Source of the DNA: Candidatus Micrarchaeota archaeon
GTDB lineage: Archaea; Micrarchaeota; Micrarchaeia; Anstonellales; JAGGVH01
Length of the DNA stretch: 64,000 nucleotides
Reading direction: 5' to 3'
NCBI GenBank assembly: GCA_020854835.1
Contig: JAHKLX010000055.1
Location: 11,691 to 75,690 of the forward strand
Translations under genes and position numbers: made by a program
Shown here: piece after piece, positions 18,137 to 28,488 of the stretch
Layout of the letters: each line of letters opens with the position of its first letter
How positions within the stretch are numbered: the first letter of the stretch is position 1
Notes under the pieces: generated by a model
Databases searched by the model: none
Seen by the model: only the letters and a program-made list of their open reading frames with translations
What the model was told of the DNA's origin: nothing

Positions 18137-18781
18137 GTGGAAACTATTAATATTATCGCAGACCATAGAGAACCTAAAAAAATTCTTGAAAAACTTGAAG
18201 CTATTGGTTCAGATGTCATCATTAAACAGCTTGAGCTTGGAGATTATTTGACGTCTGAAAAAACAGTTATTGAACGAAAAACAAGACAGGATTTTGAACA
18301 ATCTATTATGAATCAACGTCTATTTAGGCAAATGTCAAATTTGAAAGAAAATTTTGAAAATGTAATTATAATTGTCGAGGGCACAGAGCCTTATTTGAGA
18401 TTGAAAAACGGTTCAATATTGGGAACCTATGCAACGATAATTACGGATTTTCATTGCTCTTTGTTTTTCACACGAAATCACGATGCAACTGCTGAAATGG
18501 TTTATGCTATTGCAAAACATGAACAAATAGCTAAAAAAAGGCCTTTGAGCATTAGGGGAAAAAGAAAACGTTTCACTTTATCCGACAATCAAAAAGCAAT
18601 GGTGGAAGCCCTGCCAAAAATCGGACCGCGGTTGGCAGTAACTTTGTTGGAGCATTTTGGCAGTGTTGAAAAGGTTTTAAATGCAGATGTAAAAGAACTA
18701 ATAAAAGTTGAAGGCGTTGGAAAGAAAAAAGCAGAGGAAATCGTAAAAGTTATTCGCACAGAATATGGGGTGGAAGAATGA
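18137..18781 (+). CDS. xpf: short-form XPF/ERCC4-type structure-specific endonuclease with (HhH)2
   Basis: 214 aa, GTG start. ERCC4 nuclease motif ADHRE ... GDY ... VIERKTRQDF and C-terminal helix-hairpin-helix LPKIGPRLA...VEGVGKKKAEEI. Confidence 0.85.
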   Translation: METINIIADHREPKKILEKLEAIGSDVIIKQLELGDYLTSEKTVIERKTRQDFEQSIMNQRLFRQMSNLKENFENVIIIVEGTEPYLRLKNGSILGTYATIITDFHCSLFFTRNHDATAEMVYAIAKHEQIAKKRPLSIRGKRKRFTLSDNQKAMVEALPKIGPRLAVTLLEHFGSVEKVLNADVKELIKVEGVGKKKAEEIVKVIRTEYGVEE

Positions 18782-19680
18782 TTGTTATACCGTCAGAATC
18801 AGTACATTTCAAGTATTTCACAGGTTTTGAAGCTGCAGGCTGTTACCTTATAAAAAACGATATGGAAGAAGACGGAGAACTGTTTTGCAGTGAAATGGAA
18901 TACCAAAGGATGAAAAATAACTGGGAAGATGTTAAATTGGGGAAGATTGCTGATGTTTTGAAGTTGGGAAAAAGTTTTGATATCCCGTTTGATATTTCAC
19001 ACAGTCTAATGATAAAATTTAAGGGCAAAAAAATCAAAGATTGCTCAAAAGAAATAGAAGAAATGAGAATGATTAAATTCCCTGAGGAAAAAAGTGCTAT
19101 AAAAGAAGCTGAAAAAATTTGTTTGGAATTGGTCCCAGAATTGCCAAAAATTGTGAAAAAATACACTGAAGAAGAAGCATCGCATTGGATTAAAAGAGAA
19201 TTGCACGACATGGAGGCAGACCCGTCATTCGAACCGATTGTAGCATATGATGAAAATTCGGCATTTCCTCATCACCAGTCAGAAGATAAAAAATGTAAGA
19301 ATATTGCACTTATTGATTTTGGGGCAAAGGTTGAAGGTTATTGTTCGGATGTCACATTTACAATTGGATTTAACCCTCATATGAATAAAATTAGCGATGG
19401 AATAGAAGATGCGTGGAATGATATTAAAAAATCAATAAAACCAAATGTGAAAATCAACAGATTGGCAACGTTGGCCGAAGGAATTATAAAAAATCATGTG
19501 GATACACATGAAAAAATGATACACAGTTTGGGGCATTCAATAGGAATGGATGTTCACGAATATCCTAGAATAAATAAAAAATCAAAAATAAATTTTGAAA
19601 AAGGTATGGTGTTGGCAATTGAACCTGCAACATACACAAAAACTTATGGGGCCAGATTTGAAAAAGAAATCTATTTATAA
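18778..19680 (+). CDS. M24-family metallopeptidase (Xaa-Pro peptidase-like)
   Basis: 300 aa. Pita-bread metal ligands IDFGAKVEGYCSDVT, HSLGHSIGMDVHEYP, LAIEP and RFEKE. The ATGA overlap with the xpf stop suggests coupling. Confidence 0.8.
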   Translation: MIVIPSESVHFKYFTGFEAAGCYLIKNDMEEDGELFCSEMEYQRMKNNWEDVKLGKIADVLKLGKSFDIPFDISHSLMIKFKGKKIKDCSKEIEEMRMIKFPEEKSAIKEAEKICLELVPELPKIVKKYTEEEASHWIKRELHDMEADPSFEPIVAYDENSAFPHHQSEDKKCKNIALIDFGAKVEGYCSDVTFTIGFNPHMNKISDGIEDAWNDIKKSIKPNVKINRLATLAEGIIKNHVDTHEKMIHSLGHSIGMDVHEYPRINKKSKINFEKGMVLAIEPATYTKTYGARFEKEIYL

Positions 19681-20532
19681 CATAACAATTGCACTGTTAC
19701 CAACTTTTGAACCCAATGAATCTGCTATTGGTCTGCATTTAATATTTAAAACGTGCAAAGAATGCTCATTGAGAATAGGGACTGTTAGATATGCTGCCTG
19801 ACCTTTGGCAAGGATGGCAGTATTTTCAAAATCATCAACCAATTGATAAAAACCCAATCCTTTGAATTGGATAATGTTGTCAGTGATTAATCCTGCATCA
19901 TTAACATCTTCGAGCAAATTGTCATTTAAAGCATAACTTGATCTTACAACAACAGTTATTTCTTTTTCCCATTCTTCAAAAATATAATCCAACAAAAATC
20001 TATCAAAATAAAGTTCTCCCACATTATCTGAAACAAAAACAAGCTTTGGCTTGCGCTTTATATGGCCCAAAACTAATGCTGTTTCATCAATCGCCGGACC
20101 TATTTCTAGTATTTCATGAAACTTAGCCGTTGCCTGTTCAAAAGTCAAGTGGCTTAAATCAATTGCATTGGATGCTAAAGATATTCTCAGCATTTCTTCA
20201 GGTGTCCTAGGTTTGATTTCGTCTGCTAATTTTTTCGAGAATGCTCTGCTTTGTTTTTTTAATTTATAAAACGGATCTATTCTTGCAGGGGTTGGTTTTT
20301 TTGCATGTGATATATATACTCTTTCCATAATACTTTGATTAAGGATATCGCACATTGGAACGCAGGTTGTATCTGAAACAGGGTATTTTTCAAGAACATC
20401 TTTTATTTCTAACTTAGAGCATGCTTTTTGATCTGCCGTTAAGCTTGATAAATCAATAACCTTACTGTAAATTGTTCCCAAACATTTTCTGCAATTGGGC
20501 GTGGTTTTAACTATTCCTCGCATAAATATCAC
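19675..20532 (-). CDS. DUF89 (ARMT1-like damage-control phosphatase) family protein
   Basis: 285 aa with an N-terminal Cys pair (NCRKC), VFVSDNVGE and ILAKGQAAY resembling DUF89 conserved blocks. Assignment by eye. Confidence 0.55.
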   Translation of the reverse strand: MIFMRGIVKTTPNCRKCLGTIYSKVIDLSSLTADQKACSKLEIKDVLEKYPVSDTTCVPMCDILNQSIMERVYISHAKKPTPARIDPFYKLKKQSRAFSKKLADEIKPRTPEEMLRISLASNAIDLSHLTFEQATAKFHEILEIGPAIDETALVLGHIKRKPKLVFVSDNVGELYFDRFLLDYIFEEWEKEITVVVRSSYALNDNLLEDVNDAGLITDNIIQFKGLGFYQLVDDFENTAILAKGQAAYLTVPILNEHSLHVLNIKCRPIADSLGSKVGNSAIVML

Positions 20533-20608
20533 AATAATATTATGTGACTAATAGTTTATAAATATGAATGTATAATATAATCTATTGAACGATTTTGTAG
20601 GTGAGAAA

Positions 20609-22210
20609 ATGTCAGACGAAGGAAATGTCGGGAAGGAAATATTGCAACTACTAAAAAGAGTTGAAAAAGGAGAATCAGTGGAAAAAATAGATGTTTCAAA
20701 AGTAATAATTGAGATAGAAAAAAGTGGATTCCATGTCTTGAGTGATGACAGTTATTTCGGTTCATTCAAAGAACCTTTGAGTACAAGATATGCATCAAAT
20801 GAAATGATTGATTTGTTTTCAAGAAAAACTAAATTTACAATGTGGAGAAAAATGTGGGTGGCACTGGCTGAATGCACTAGTGAAATGGGATTGAAAAATG
20901 AAAATGGAGAACTTTTAGTCGCATCAGATCAAGTAAAAGAACTTAAACAATTTGTAGATAAAATTAATTACCAGTCTGCAAACGATCATGAAAAAGAAAT
21001 AAGGCATGATGTTATGGCTCATGTTTTGGCATTTGGAGAACTGTGTCCAAATGCAAAAGGAATTATTCACTTGGGGGCAACAAGCTGTGATATAACAGAC
21101 AATGCTGAGATGAGTGTTTATTCCAAAGGATTGGACATAATCAGAAAAAGAATTGTCACCGCAATGTATCACTGGTCCCAACTTGCTTTAGAATACAAAA
21201 GCGTACCAATAGTTGGCAGAACTCATTTTATTGCTGCGCAGCCAACAACCTTAGGAAAACGAATTGCGATGTGGCTGGAACCATTGAAAATGTGTTTAGA
21301 CAATATTGAATTTTTACAAAAGGAATTGATTAAAGCCAAAGGATTAAAGGGGGCTGTTGGAACGCAGGCATCATATTTAGAAATATGCGGCAATGATATG
21401 GAAAAAGCTAAGGAATTAAATCAAAAATTTATCAGCAAAATAGGATTTAATGACGATTACAAAACTGTAGGGCAAACATATCCTCGAGTAATAGATGCGA
21501 TGATTATTGAAAGTTTGGCCAATGTTAATGCAGTATTGAAAAAAATGGCAACTGACATAAGATTGATGCAGGGAATGGATCAAGTTTGTGAACCATTTGG
21601 TAAAAGCCAAAAAGGATCGTCAGCAATGCCTCATAAAAGAAATCCAATGAGGGATGAGAGAGAAACAGGTTTATCAAGAATGTCTTTTGGAAATGTTATA
21701 ACAATGCTTGAAACCGCATCAGAACAATGGGAAGAAAGGACTTTGGATGATTCATGTGTTAGACGAATAATTATCCCCCAACAGTTTATGATAACCGATG
21801 CTTCTTTATTGTTATCAATTAATGTCTCAAAAGGTTTTGTTGTTTACAAGGATTCGCTAGAAACTGAATTCAAAAAACAGGTGCCTTTTATGGCAATTGA
21901 AAAAATACTTATGAAATCTGTAAGTAAAGGAAAAGACAGGCAGGAAATACATGAAAGACTAAGAGTTCATGCATTGAATTCGATAGAATCCACACATATG
22001 GGCAAGGAAAATCCCTTCGGAAATTTGGTTTGCAAAGATAAAAAAATAGGAATATCAAGAAAAGAAATGCACCGTATTTTAGAAGAAACATGGAAAGGTT
22101 ACGGTTTGGCAGAGGAGCAAGTAAAGGAATTTGTTAAAGGAGAATTGCTGCCATTATTTGCAAGATATAACCATGAATTGCAAGAAAAAATTGAAGAGGT
22201 TAAGGTTTAA
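20609..22210 (+). CDS. purB: adenylosuccinate lyase
   Basis: I chose the ATG at 20609 (the ORF-track start is TTG at 20585). Fumarate-lyase signature GSSAMPHKRNP, plus LGATSCDITDN and PLSTRYAS.EM near the N-terminus. A ~50-aa N-terminal extension precedes the conserved core. Confidence 0.9.
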   Translation: MSDEGNVGKEILQLLKRVEKGESVEKIDVSKVIIEIEKSGFHVLSDDSYFGSFKEPLSTRYASNEMIDLFSRKTKFTMWRKMWVALAECTSEMGLKNENGELLVASDQVKELKQFVDKINYQSANDHEKEIRHDVMAHVLAFGELCPNAKGIIHLGATSCDITDNAEMSVYSKGLDIIRKRIVTAMYHWSQLALEYKSVPIVGRTHFIAAQPTTLGKRIAMWLEPLKMCLDNIEFLQKELIKAKGLKGAVGTQASYLEICGNDMEKAKELNQKFISKIGFNDDYKTVGQTYPRVIDAMIIESLANVNAVLKKMATDIRLMQGMDQVCEPFGKSQKGSSAMPHKRNPMRDERETGLSRMSFGNVITMLETASEQWEERTLDDSCVRRIIIPQQFMITDASLLLSINVSKGFVVYKDSLETEFKKQVPFMAIEKILMKSVSKGKDRQEIHERLRVHALNSIESTHMGKENPFGNLVCKDKKIGISRKEMHRILEETWKGYGLAEEQVKEFVKGELLPLFARYNHELQEKIEEVKV

Positions 22211-23484
22211 ACGATATGCCATCCTTCAACTGCAATCCAAGGAGTTATATAAGAATCATTGATTACGGGCTCTTTAGCTATTGAAACAATATTTTTCAGA
22301 CCCTCAAAAATATTTCCTGAAAGCATGACATCTTTTATTCCGGTTTTTTTGCCTTTTTCTAGAATATATCCATTATTGATGGGCAGACCAAATTTTCCAC
22401 TAACTGGGTTAGCAGTATGCAGACCGAAAACCGATTCAACAACTGCAACCTTATCAAAATCTTCAAATTTCCCTCTTCCAGGTTTTAAGGATATGTTTGA
22501 AAAACCTATTCCTGGCGAAGACGAATAACTGCCCCTGGCACAAAAGCCTTGATATTTATCAAGATCCAAGTTATCCAGTGCAGCATACTCTCTATTATAT
22601 GCAAAAAGATTCAGTTTTCCATTTGTTATAATTTCTTTTGATTTTGAAGCAACCCCTTCCCCGTCATAATTTGCTCGTGCAGTTGCTCTTGAGTCCAAAG
22701 GATCATCCAAAATGGTTAATTTTTTATCGCCAACCTGCTGGTCAATTTCAAACTTTGTTGTTTTAAAATGTTTTCTTGCACCTTCGGCAGATGACAAATA
22801 AAAATCCAACAAAGAATGTAAAGCCTCAGTATCAATTATTATTACACCATCATAAGATTGCTGACTTCCTTTATCTGATAAATCTGTTTTTTCTTTAACT
22901 TTTTTCGGAAGATCGAAAAATCTTTCACTGAAATTAGGTAACACTAAGTAATCATATATTGAAGAACTATTTTTTTTCATGTCTGTTGACAGTGCAACTG
23001 TGCTGTCCCAAGGCTCCTCGACATCGAGACCTTCTGAATTGACAAGTTTGCTTCTTTGGAATGCCAGCATTGCAGAGGACATTAAATGATTCTCGGTCGA
23101 AATACAGTTTGAAATATATTCTTTTAATTTTTTTAAATTTGAATCCTCAGAATTTATATCAACGGATGAATGTTTGGTGATTGGGATCTGCGCGTTCGGG
23201 GAAAAACTAAATTCTTTATTGGGATGATTAAATTTACTGACACTTATCGCATTATTAACAACTTTTTGAGCATCTGTTGTGTTTTGGCCACTTGAAAAAC
23301 CTATTTTGTTTTTAACTAAAACTCTGATCCCGACACCGTGATCATAATCCCATTCATTTCTTTTTATTCTATTTAATTCAGAAATTAAGGTAAATGACTT
23401 TTTTTCACTGTAGTAAACCTCATATCCTTGAATCTCGCCAGATTGGAGTTTCTGTTTTAATATTTTTTCGTATTCTTTTATCAT
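22207..23484 (-). CDS. pmbA: PmbA/TldE-family metalloprotease subunit
   Basis: 425 aa, overlaps the tldD stop by 4 nt. PmbA-like length and blocks (GVGIRV, GFSNISLKPG). Confidence 0.78.
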   Translation of the reverse strand: MIKEYEKILKQKLQSGEIQGYEVYYSEKKSFTLISELNRIKRNEWDYDHGVGIRVLVKNKIGFSSGQNTTDAQKVVNNAISVSKFNHPNKEFSFSPNAQIPITKHSSVDINSEDSNLKKLKEYISNCISTENHLMSSAMLAFQRSKLVNSEGLDVEEPWDSTVALSTDMKKNSSSIYDYLVLPNFSERFFDLPKKVKEKTDLSDKGSQQSYDGVIIIDTEALHSLLDFYLSSAEGARKHFKTTKFEIDQQVGDKKLTILDDPLDSRATARANYDGEGVASKSKEIITNGKLNLFAYNREYAALDNLDLDKYQGFCARGSYSSSPGIGFSNISLKPGRGKFEDFDKVAVVESVFGLHTANPVSGKFGLPINNGYILEKGKKTGIKDVMLSGNIFEGLKNIVSIAKEPVINDSYITPWIAVEGWHIV

Positions 23485-24776
23485 CCAATCACCATATCTT
23501 TGACTCTTGTTACTGGTCCGCCATCGCTCACTCTAACATTTTGTCCTTCTTTTCCGCAGTATCCGGGACCTGTTCCAATTTTTCTTCCAACGGCCTCTAT
23601 ATTATGCAGGGTTTGCTTGATATTCCCGGTTAAAGACAAATCTCTTAGATGAGTTGTCAGCTCCCCATTTTCTATTTTATATGCTTCTTTTGCACCAAAC
23701 ATAAAAGAACCTGTTATAGGACTGACTGCTCCGCCCCGCATCCCATAAACATAAATTCCTTTTTCTATATCAAAAATTTCATCGTCTTTTAATGTGTTTT
23801 TAGTATCGGATGCTTCAAGAATTGTATTTCTCATCCTAACAATTGGAGGACTGTCATAGTCTTCCATTCTTGCATTTCCTGTCAATTCACTGCCAAGTGT
23901 GCCGGCAGTCATAGACGAATGAAGATAATTTTTTAAAATTCCTTTATCAATTAAAATGACAGGTTTACATTTAACACCCTCATCATCAAATTTTATATTG
24001 CCGAAACATTTAGGATATTCTGGATAATCAGTTATTTTGACAAGAGAACTTCCAACTTTTTCCCCAGGTTTAATAAGAACAGATGAACCGTTTAATATAT
24101 AATCTGCTTCGCACGCATGACCTACTGCCTCATGAGTAAAAAGACCTGTCATTTCAGGATCTAAAACAACTGTTGTTTTTCCTTTCGGAGCATGTTCTGC
24201 AGATAGCAAGGCCTCTGATTTTTCTTTTGTTTTTAAAACCTTATCTGCAAACTTTGATAGTTTAGATTCATTTATTTTTCCAAGCCAACCTTCTCTTTCA
24301 GACCATGATTCCATAATACTTCTTGATTTGGCAACGCCAATAACTGAGAAATAAGAAAAAATATCTTCCATCACTAAAGAATTTCCATTTGAATCCTCGT
24401 ATTCCTTAACTGTGAATTTGCTTATCAACCTTAAAGTTCTTGAATTTAAATTTTTTATTGGTTTGTCAAGTTCTTTGAGTTGTTCCATTATTTGTTCGAA
24501 ATCATACTCAGGAGCATTCATTATTGAATCGAAATGTTTTTCTTTGGGTTTTTTTACAATTTTATAGTTTTCATTTCCTGTCGCAGACTTGGCAAGTTTT
24601 TTTGCTTTTTCAACAACAACATCATTATCAGACATGTTGTTAGATGATGCAAAACCAAAACTTTTATCAAAAACTCTCGCACTGACTCCTTGGTATTTTT
24701 TTCTGGATATTTTTGGCTCACCATTGTTTAAAACAAAACTTACTGAATAATTTGTGAATTTCCATTTTTCTATCAA
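23481..24776 (-). CDS. tldD: TldD-family metalloprotease
   Basis: 431 aa. HExxxH motif HEAVGHACEAD, plus GNARMEDY and IVRMRNT blocks typical of TldD. Confidence 0.88.
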   Translation of the reverse strand: MIEKWKFTNYSVSFVLNNGEPKISRKKYQGVSARVFDKSFGFASSNNMSDNDVVVEKAKKLAKSATGNENYKIVKKPKEKHFDSIMNAPEYDFEQIMEQLKELDKPIKNLNSRTLRLISKFTVKEYEDSNGNSLVMEDIFSYFSVIGVAKSRSIMESWSEREGWLGKINESKLSKFADKVLKTKEKSEALLSAEHAPKGKTTVVLDPEMTGLFTHEAVGHACEADYILNGSSVLIKPGEKVGSSLVKITDYPEYPKCFGNIKFDDEGVKCKPVILIDKGILKNYLHSSMTAGTLGSELTGNARMEDYDSPPIVRMRNTILEASDTKNTLKDDEIFDIEKGIYVYGMRGGAVSPITGSFMFGAKEAYKIENGELTTHLRDLSLTGNIKQTLHNIEAVGRKIGTGPGYCGKEGQNVRVSDGGPVTRVKDMVIG

Positions 24777-24784
24777 AAAACCAC

Positions 24785-26875
24785 CTACTTTTTGGATTTG
24801 GTTCTGCGTTTGGTTCGGGACTTTGGTTTGTTTTTTGTTTTTGCCGACTTATTTTTTCCATTATTCTTTTTCAATAGAACATCATTAATTCCTGATAATT
24901 TATTTATTAATTTTGTTTTCGCAGGGGACGGTTTTAATGCTTCTCTTAAAACATCAGTAAGCGTTCTTGCAGTAATAATTTTTATCTTGCCCAATTTATT
25001 TTTAGACAGATATGCGTCTTCTTTGTTAGATTCAGGAATGATGACTTTTTTACATCCTGCATCAATGGCAGCTTCAACCTTTCCAGTTATGCCCCCCACT
25101 GGCAAAACTTCTCCTCTAATAGATAAAGATCCTGTCATTGCGACAGATTGATCAATGGGAATTTCCTCCATTGCAGATATCACTGCAACAGCAATTGATA
25201 TAGAGGCAGAATCTCCTTCAACCCCTTCATATGATTGAAGGAATTGTATATGCACATCTTTATCAACGATGTTTTTGCCGGAGTATTTTTTAATTATTGC
25301 AGATATGTTAGTAACTGCTTCTTTTGCAATTTCCCCGAGCTTGCCTGTTGCAAAAACTTTGCCTTCTTCTTTTGATGCAGCAGGTGTGACCTCGGCTTCA
25401 ATAGGTAAAACAATGCCCGTATGATCTCCTCCAAAAACTGCTAAACCATTAACTCTGCCAATCATATTCCCTTCGGCCCGAACAACACTATAGTCTTTTT
25501 TAACAACAACAAATTCATGAACAACTTGCTCTTCTAATGTCCTTGATAAGTGAAGAGCCTTTTCTACATGTTCAACTTTAACATAAGGAGAATTTTCATG
25601 AACTGCGATATCTCCTGCGCCCCTAACAACACCGCCAATTCCCCTTAAATTAAGTGTAAATGAATTTTTCCTAGAAGCTCTTCTCTTAGCTTCTTCAACA
25701 ACTTCCATAACTGCATCATATGTGAAATGAGGTATTCTTTTATCTTTTTTAACTTCTTGAGCTATAAATTGAACTAATTTTAATCTGTTTTCTTCGTTAT
25801 CGGGCATATGGTCGTTAACTTTAACTTCATATCCTGCGCCCCTTATTCTTGATCTTAAAGCAGGATGCATTTTTCCTATATCCTCAAAATTTCCTGCTGC
25901 AACCAAAACAAAATCGCAAGGAACAGGTTCTGTTTTAACTATTGCACCAGATGAATGTTCACTTTGACCAGTTATGGGATATTTTTTTTCTTGCATTGCA
26001 GTTAATAATTCCTGTTGAAAATGCGAGGTTAAAGAAACAATTTCATCAATAAATAAAACTCCTTTGTTTGCTTTATGAATAGCCCCTGCTTCTACCCTTA
26101 AATGTGCAGGAGTTCCCAAACCGCCAGATTGTAAAGGATCGTGTTTAACGTCTCCCAACAGTGCACCAGATTTAGATCCTGTTGCATCTATAAAAGGTGC
26201 ATTTCTTTTGTCATTGTTGTCAACTAGTAGTTTAGGTTTTGCTGAAAAGTTTGGATTTAATCCTAATTTTGTTCCGACATTATATAAATAAGTAAACAGT
26301 CCATAAAATAAAAATGCGCTTGCAATTATGACCAAAAGCATCCATTTTGAAGATTCCTCAACTGCAATGAAATAATCTAAGAAAAATACTACAATCAATC
26401 CCAATACTGCAACAAGTATTCCTGCCATTAAAGGATTTACTTTTTTGAAATCAGTGAAATCAGCTTCATTCCCTTGTAATTTGTTGAAATTTTTGATTAT
26501 TTTCCTGCCCATACCTTCATTAGAAGGATCAATAGATTGTATTTTTTTTAATTCAGGATCTTTTTTGATATCAGGAGCAGGAGGATAAGTTTTTATGCTC
26601 CTTATTATGGGCATATTTTCATCCAGATGATTTGCATATGCCAATACATCCTCAAGTGCAGTTATGGGCATTATCTCTGCCATTGCTTGCGCCAGCATCG
26701 ATTTCCCAGTCCCCGGCTGTCCTATCAACAAAACGTTTCTTCTTTGTCTTGCTGCTTTCCTTACAATATCTACAGCATAATCTTGGCCTATAATCTGATC
26801 AATTAAACTGTCTGAAACTTTTATCTCAGCTGTTGTTTTAAAATTTAAACTTGATTTTTGCAAATTAATCACCAC
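24785..26875 (-). CDS. lon: archaeal membrane-bound Lon protease (LonB)
   Basis: 696 aa. Walker A GQPGTGKS, two TM helices inserted in the AAA+ module, FIDEI, and protease domain [17 protein letters not shown] with a Ser-Lys dyad context. Unusual Lys-rich C-terminal tail [28 protein letters not shown]. Confidence 0.93.
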   Translation of the reverse strand: MVINLQKSSLNFKTTAEIKVSDSLIDQIIGQDYAVDIVRKAARQRRNVLLIGQPGTGKSMLAQAMAEIMPITALEDVLAYANHLDENMPIIRSIKTYPPAPDIKKDPELKKIQSIDPSNEGMGRKIIKNFNKLQGNEADFTDFKKVNPLMAGILVAVLGLIVVFFLDYFIAVEESSKWMLLVIIASAFLFYGLFTYLYNVGTKLGLNPNFSAKPKLLVDNNDKRNAPFIDATGSKSGALLGDVKHDPLQSGGLGTPAHLRVEAGAIHKANKGVLFIDEIVSLTSHFQQELLTAMQEKKYPITGQSEHSSGAIVKTEPVPCDFVLVAAGNFEDIGKMHPALRSRIRGAGYEVKVNDHMPDNEENRLKLVQFIAQEVKKDKRIPHFTYDAVMEVVEEAKRRASRKNSFTLNLRGIGGVVRGAGDIAVHENSPYVKVEHVEKALHLSRTLEEQVVHEFVVVKKDYSVVRAEGNMIGRVNGLAVFGGDHTGIVLPIEAEVTPAASKEEGKVFATGKLGEIAKEAVTNISAIIKKYSGKNIVDKDVHIQFLQSYEGVEGDSASISIAVAVISAMEEIPIDQSVAMTGSLSIRGEVLPVGGITGKVEAAIDAGCKKVIIPESNKEDAYLSKNKLGKIKIITARTLTDVLREALKPSPAKTKLINKLSGINDVLLKKNNGKNKSAKTKNKPKSRTKRRTKSKK

Positions 26876-26877
26876 TT

Positions 26878-27549
26878 TTATTTACTGAATCTAATATTTA
26901 TATATGCCCCTAAAAACAAAAGAATTGGAAACAAAACTAATGTGATTACAAATCTTGCAAACAACCCCATGAGAGACAATGTTTTATCAAAACCTGTTAT
27001 TCCTAGTAAAGTGTTTATCATTACTGGATCCATGAAACTAAAGAAAGAGTATAAAGTATCATAGACATAACCTGCCAAAAATATTTCTAAAACAAATAAT
27101 ATTGTTGTAGATATTAGTGCGGCTAAACCGCCTGCAAGTATACACGAAAAAAAGGCTTTTTTTGCTCCGATCCTCATGCTTAAAAAATAGGCAAACGCTT
27201 TCATCAATAAAACACCGACTAATGGCAAAAGAATTATGAATAAAAGCCCTACAAGAGGAATGCCAGTTAAAACTCCTGCCAGTATTCCAATAACAAAAAC
27301 TGGTGTCAAAACAGTTGCATCCAAAGAATTATTATAAAAAAGCTTTTGAGGTTTTTTTTGTTTTTTTGGTTGGCGGAGTTGATCTCTTGGATCCTCCCTT
27401 CTTTCATCTCTCATCTTAGGCCTTGGCTCGTAATCATCTTCATCATATCTGTCTTTGTCAGATTCAATAATTATTTTAACGTTGCCACTGCCCAATAATT
27501 TCTCTAATTCTTCTAATTTCTTTAGTCTCTCTTCTGATATCTTTGGCAT
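26878..27549 (-). CDS. hypothetical polytopic membrane protein with charged N-terminal region
   Basis: 223 aa, 2 nt upstream of lon on the same strand. It has an N-terminal coiled/charged ~70 aa, then 5-6 TM helices. Confidence 0.6.
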   Translation of the reverse strand: MPKISEERLKKLEELEKLLGSGNVKIIIESDKDRYDEDDYEPRPKMRDERREDPRDQLRQPKKQKKPQKLFYNNSLDATVLTPVFVIGILAGVLTGIPLVGLLFIILLPLVGVLLMKAFAYFLSMRIGAKKAFFSCILAGGLAALISTTILFVLEIFLAGYVYDTLYSFFSFMDPVMINTLLGITGFDKTLSLMGLFARFVITLVLFPILLFLGAYINIRFSK

Positions 27550-27641
27550 AACTTAACACCAAAATTATAATGAACAAAATATTTTTAAACAGATTTGTTA
27601 ATATAGTATTAACACTTAGACAAACAGGTAGATGTGAGTAT

Positions 27642-28025
27642 ATGGTTGCAAGAGATGAAATTATCATGCTTTGTAAAGTAATGGAGATGAAAACCAGCAG
27701 AGATATTGATGATACTTCTATAACAATATTCAAAACAATTTTATCAATATCTGACACTCCTATAAGTAGCAGTGTAGTCTCACACTTAACTGGGGTCCAT
27801 AGATTAACAGTTAGACATCATTTAGAAAGAATGAAAGACATAGGATATTTGAAAGAAAAAAAGGGGAAATACATTATAAAATTTGAAAGTTTACGAGACT
27901 ACGTTCATTTCAAAAAGAAACTTATGATAAAAACATATGAAGAACTTGAAAAAATTGCTATGGAAATTGATAAAGAGGTTGAAAGAAAAAATTATTTGAC
28001 AATCATAGGTGAAGAAGATGAGTGA
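27642..28025 (+). CDS. winged-helix transcriptional regulator (candidate chaperone-operon regulator)
   Basis: Start MVARDE is preferred because the ORF-track start at 27570 leaves only 20 nt for divergent promoters. HTH-like VVSHLTGVHRLTVRHHLERMKDIGYL, then a coiled C-terminus. Overlaps the grpE start. Confidence 0.55.
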   Translation: MVARDEIIMLCKVMEMKTSRDIDDTSITIFKTILSISDTPISSSVVSHLTGVHRLTVRHHLERMKDIGYLKEKKGKYIIKFESLRDYVHFKKKLMIKTYEELEKIAMEIDKEVERKNYLTIIGEEDE

Positions 28026-28488
28026 AGATGATGATTCAAAAAAAGATTTTGAAATTGAAGGAAAAAATGGTGAAGAGAATTATAAAGAAAAATATCTTCG
28101 TTTGCTTGCAGAATTTGATAACTTCAAAAAATTCAAAGATAGAGAATATTGTAATGTAAAAAACATTATGACAAAAGATTTGATAATGGAAATTATAACT
28201 GTGTGGGAGGATTTGGAAAAAGCAAAATGCAATAATAAAGAAGATAAAGCAATAGAAATGATATACAATAAACTATCAAACATTCTATCTGCATACGGCT
28301 TAGAACAGATTGAAGTCAAAATAAATGATGGTTTTGATCATAATATACACGATGCAGTTTCGCATCAAAAAAGTGAATTGGATGAAGATAAAATAGTTGA
28401 AATTGTGAAAAACGGATATATGTTAAATGGTGTTGTAATAAAACACCCCCAAGTAGTTGTAAGTAAAAGAGGTGAGGAAAATGAGTAA
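28009..28488 (+). CDS. grpE: nucleotide exchange factor GrpE
   Basis: 159 aa. [19 protein letters not shown] matches the GrpE signature helix. C-terminal beta domain [16 protein letters not shown]. Confidence 0.85.
   Translation: MKKMSEDDDSKKDFEIEGKNGEENYKEKYLRLLAEFDNFKKFKDREYCNVKNIMTKDLIMEIITVWEDLEKAKCNNKEDKAIEMIYNKLSNILSAYGLEQIEVKINDGFDHNIHDAVSHQKSELDEDKIVEIVKNGYMLNGVVIKHPQVVVSKRGEENE

Noticed and set aside
17648-18166. ORF-track N-terminal extensions (17648..18166, 27570, 20585, 49583, 693, 45358, 45809, 30291).
   Set aside because: The extended starts use TTG/GTG or run into neighbouring genes or promoters and add hydrophobic junk. I chose internal ATGs with upstream GGTG/GGAG motifs. 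The exact starts remain unverified.
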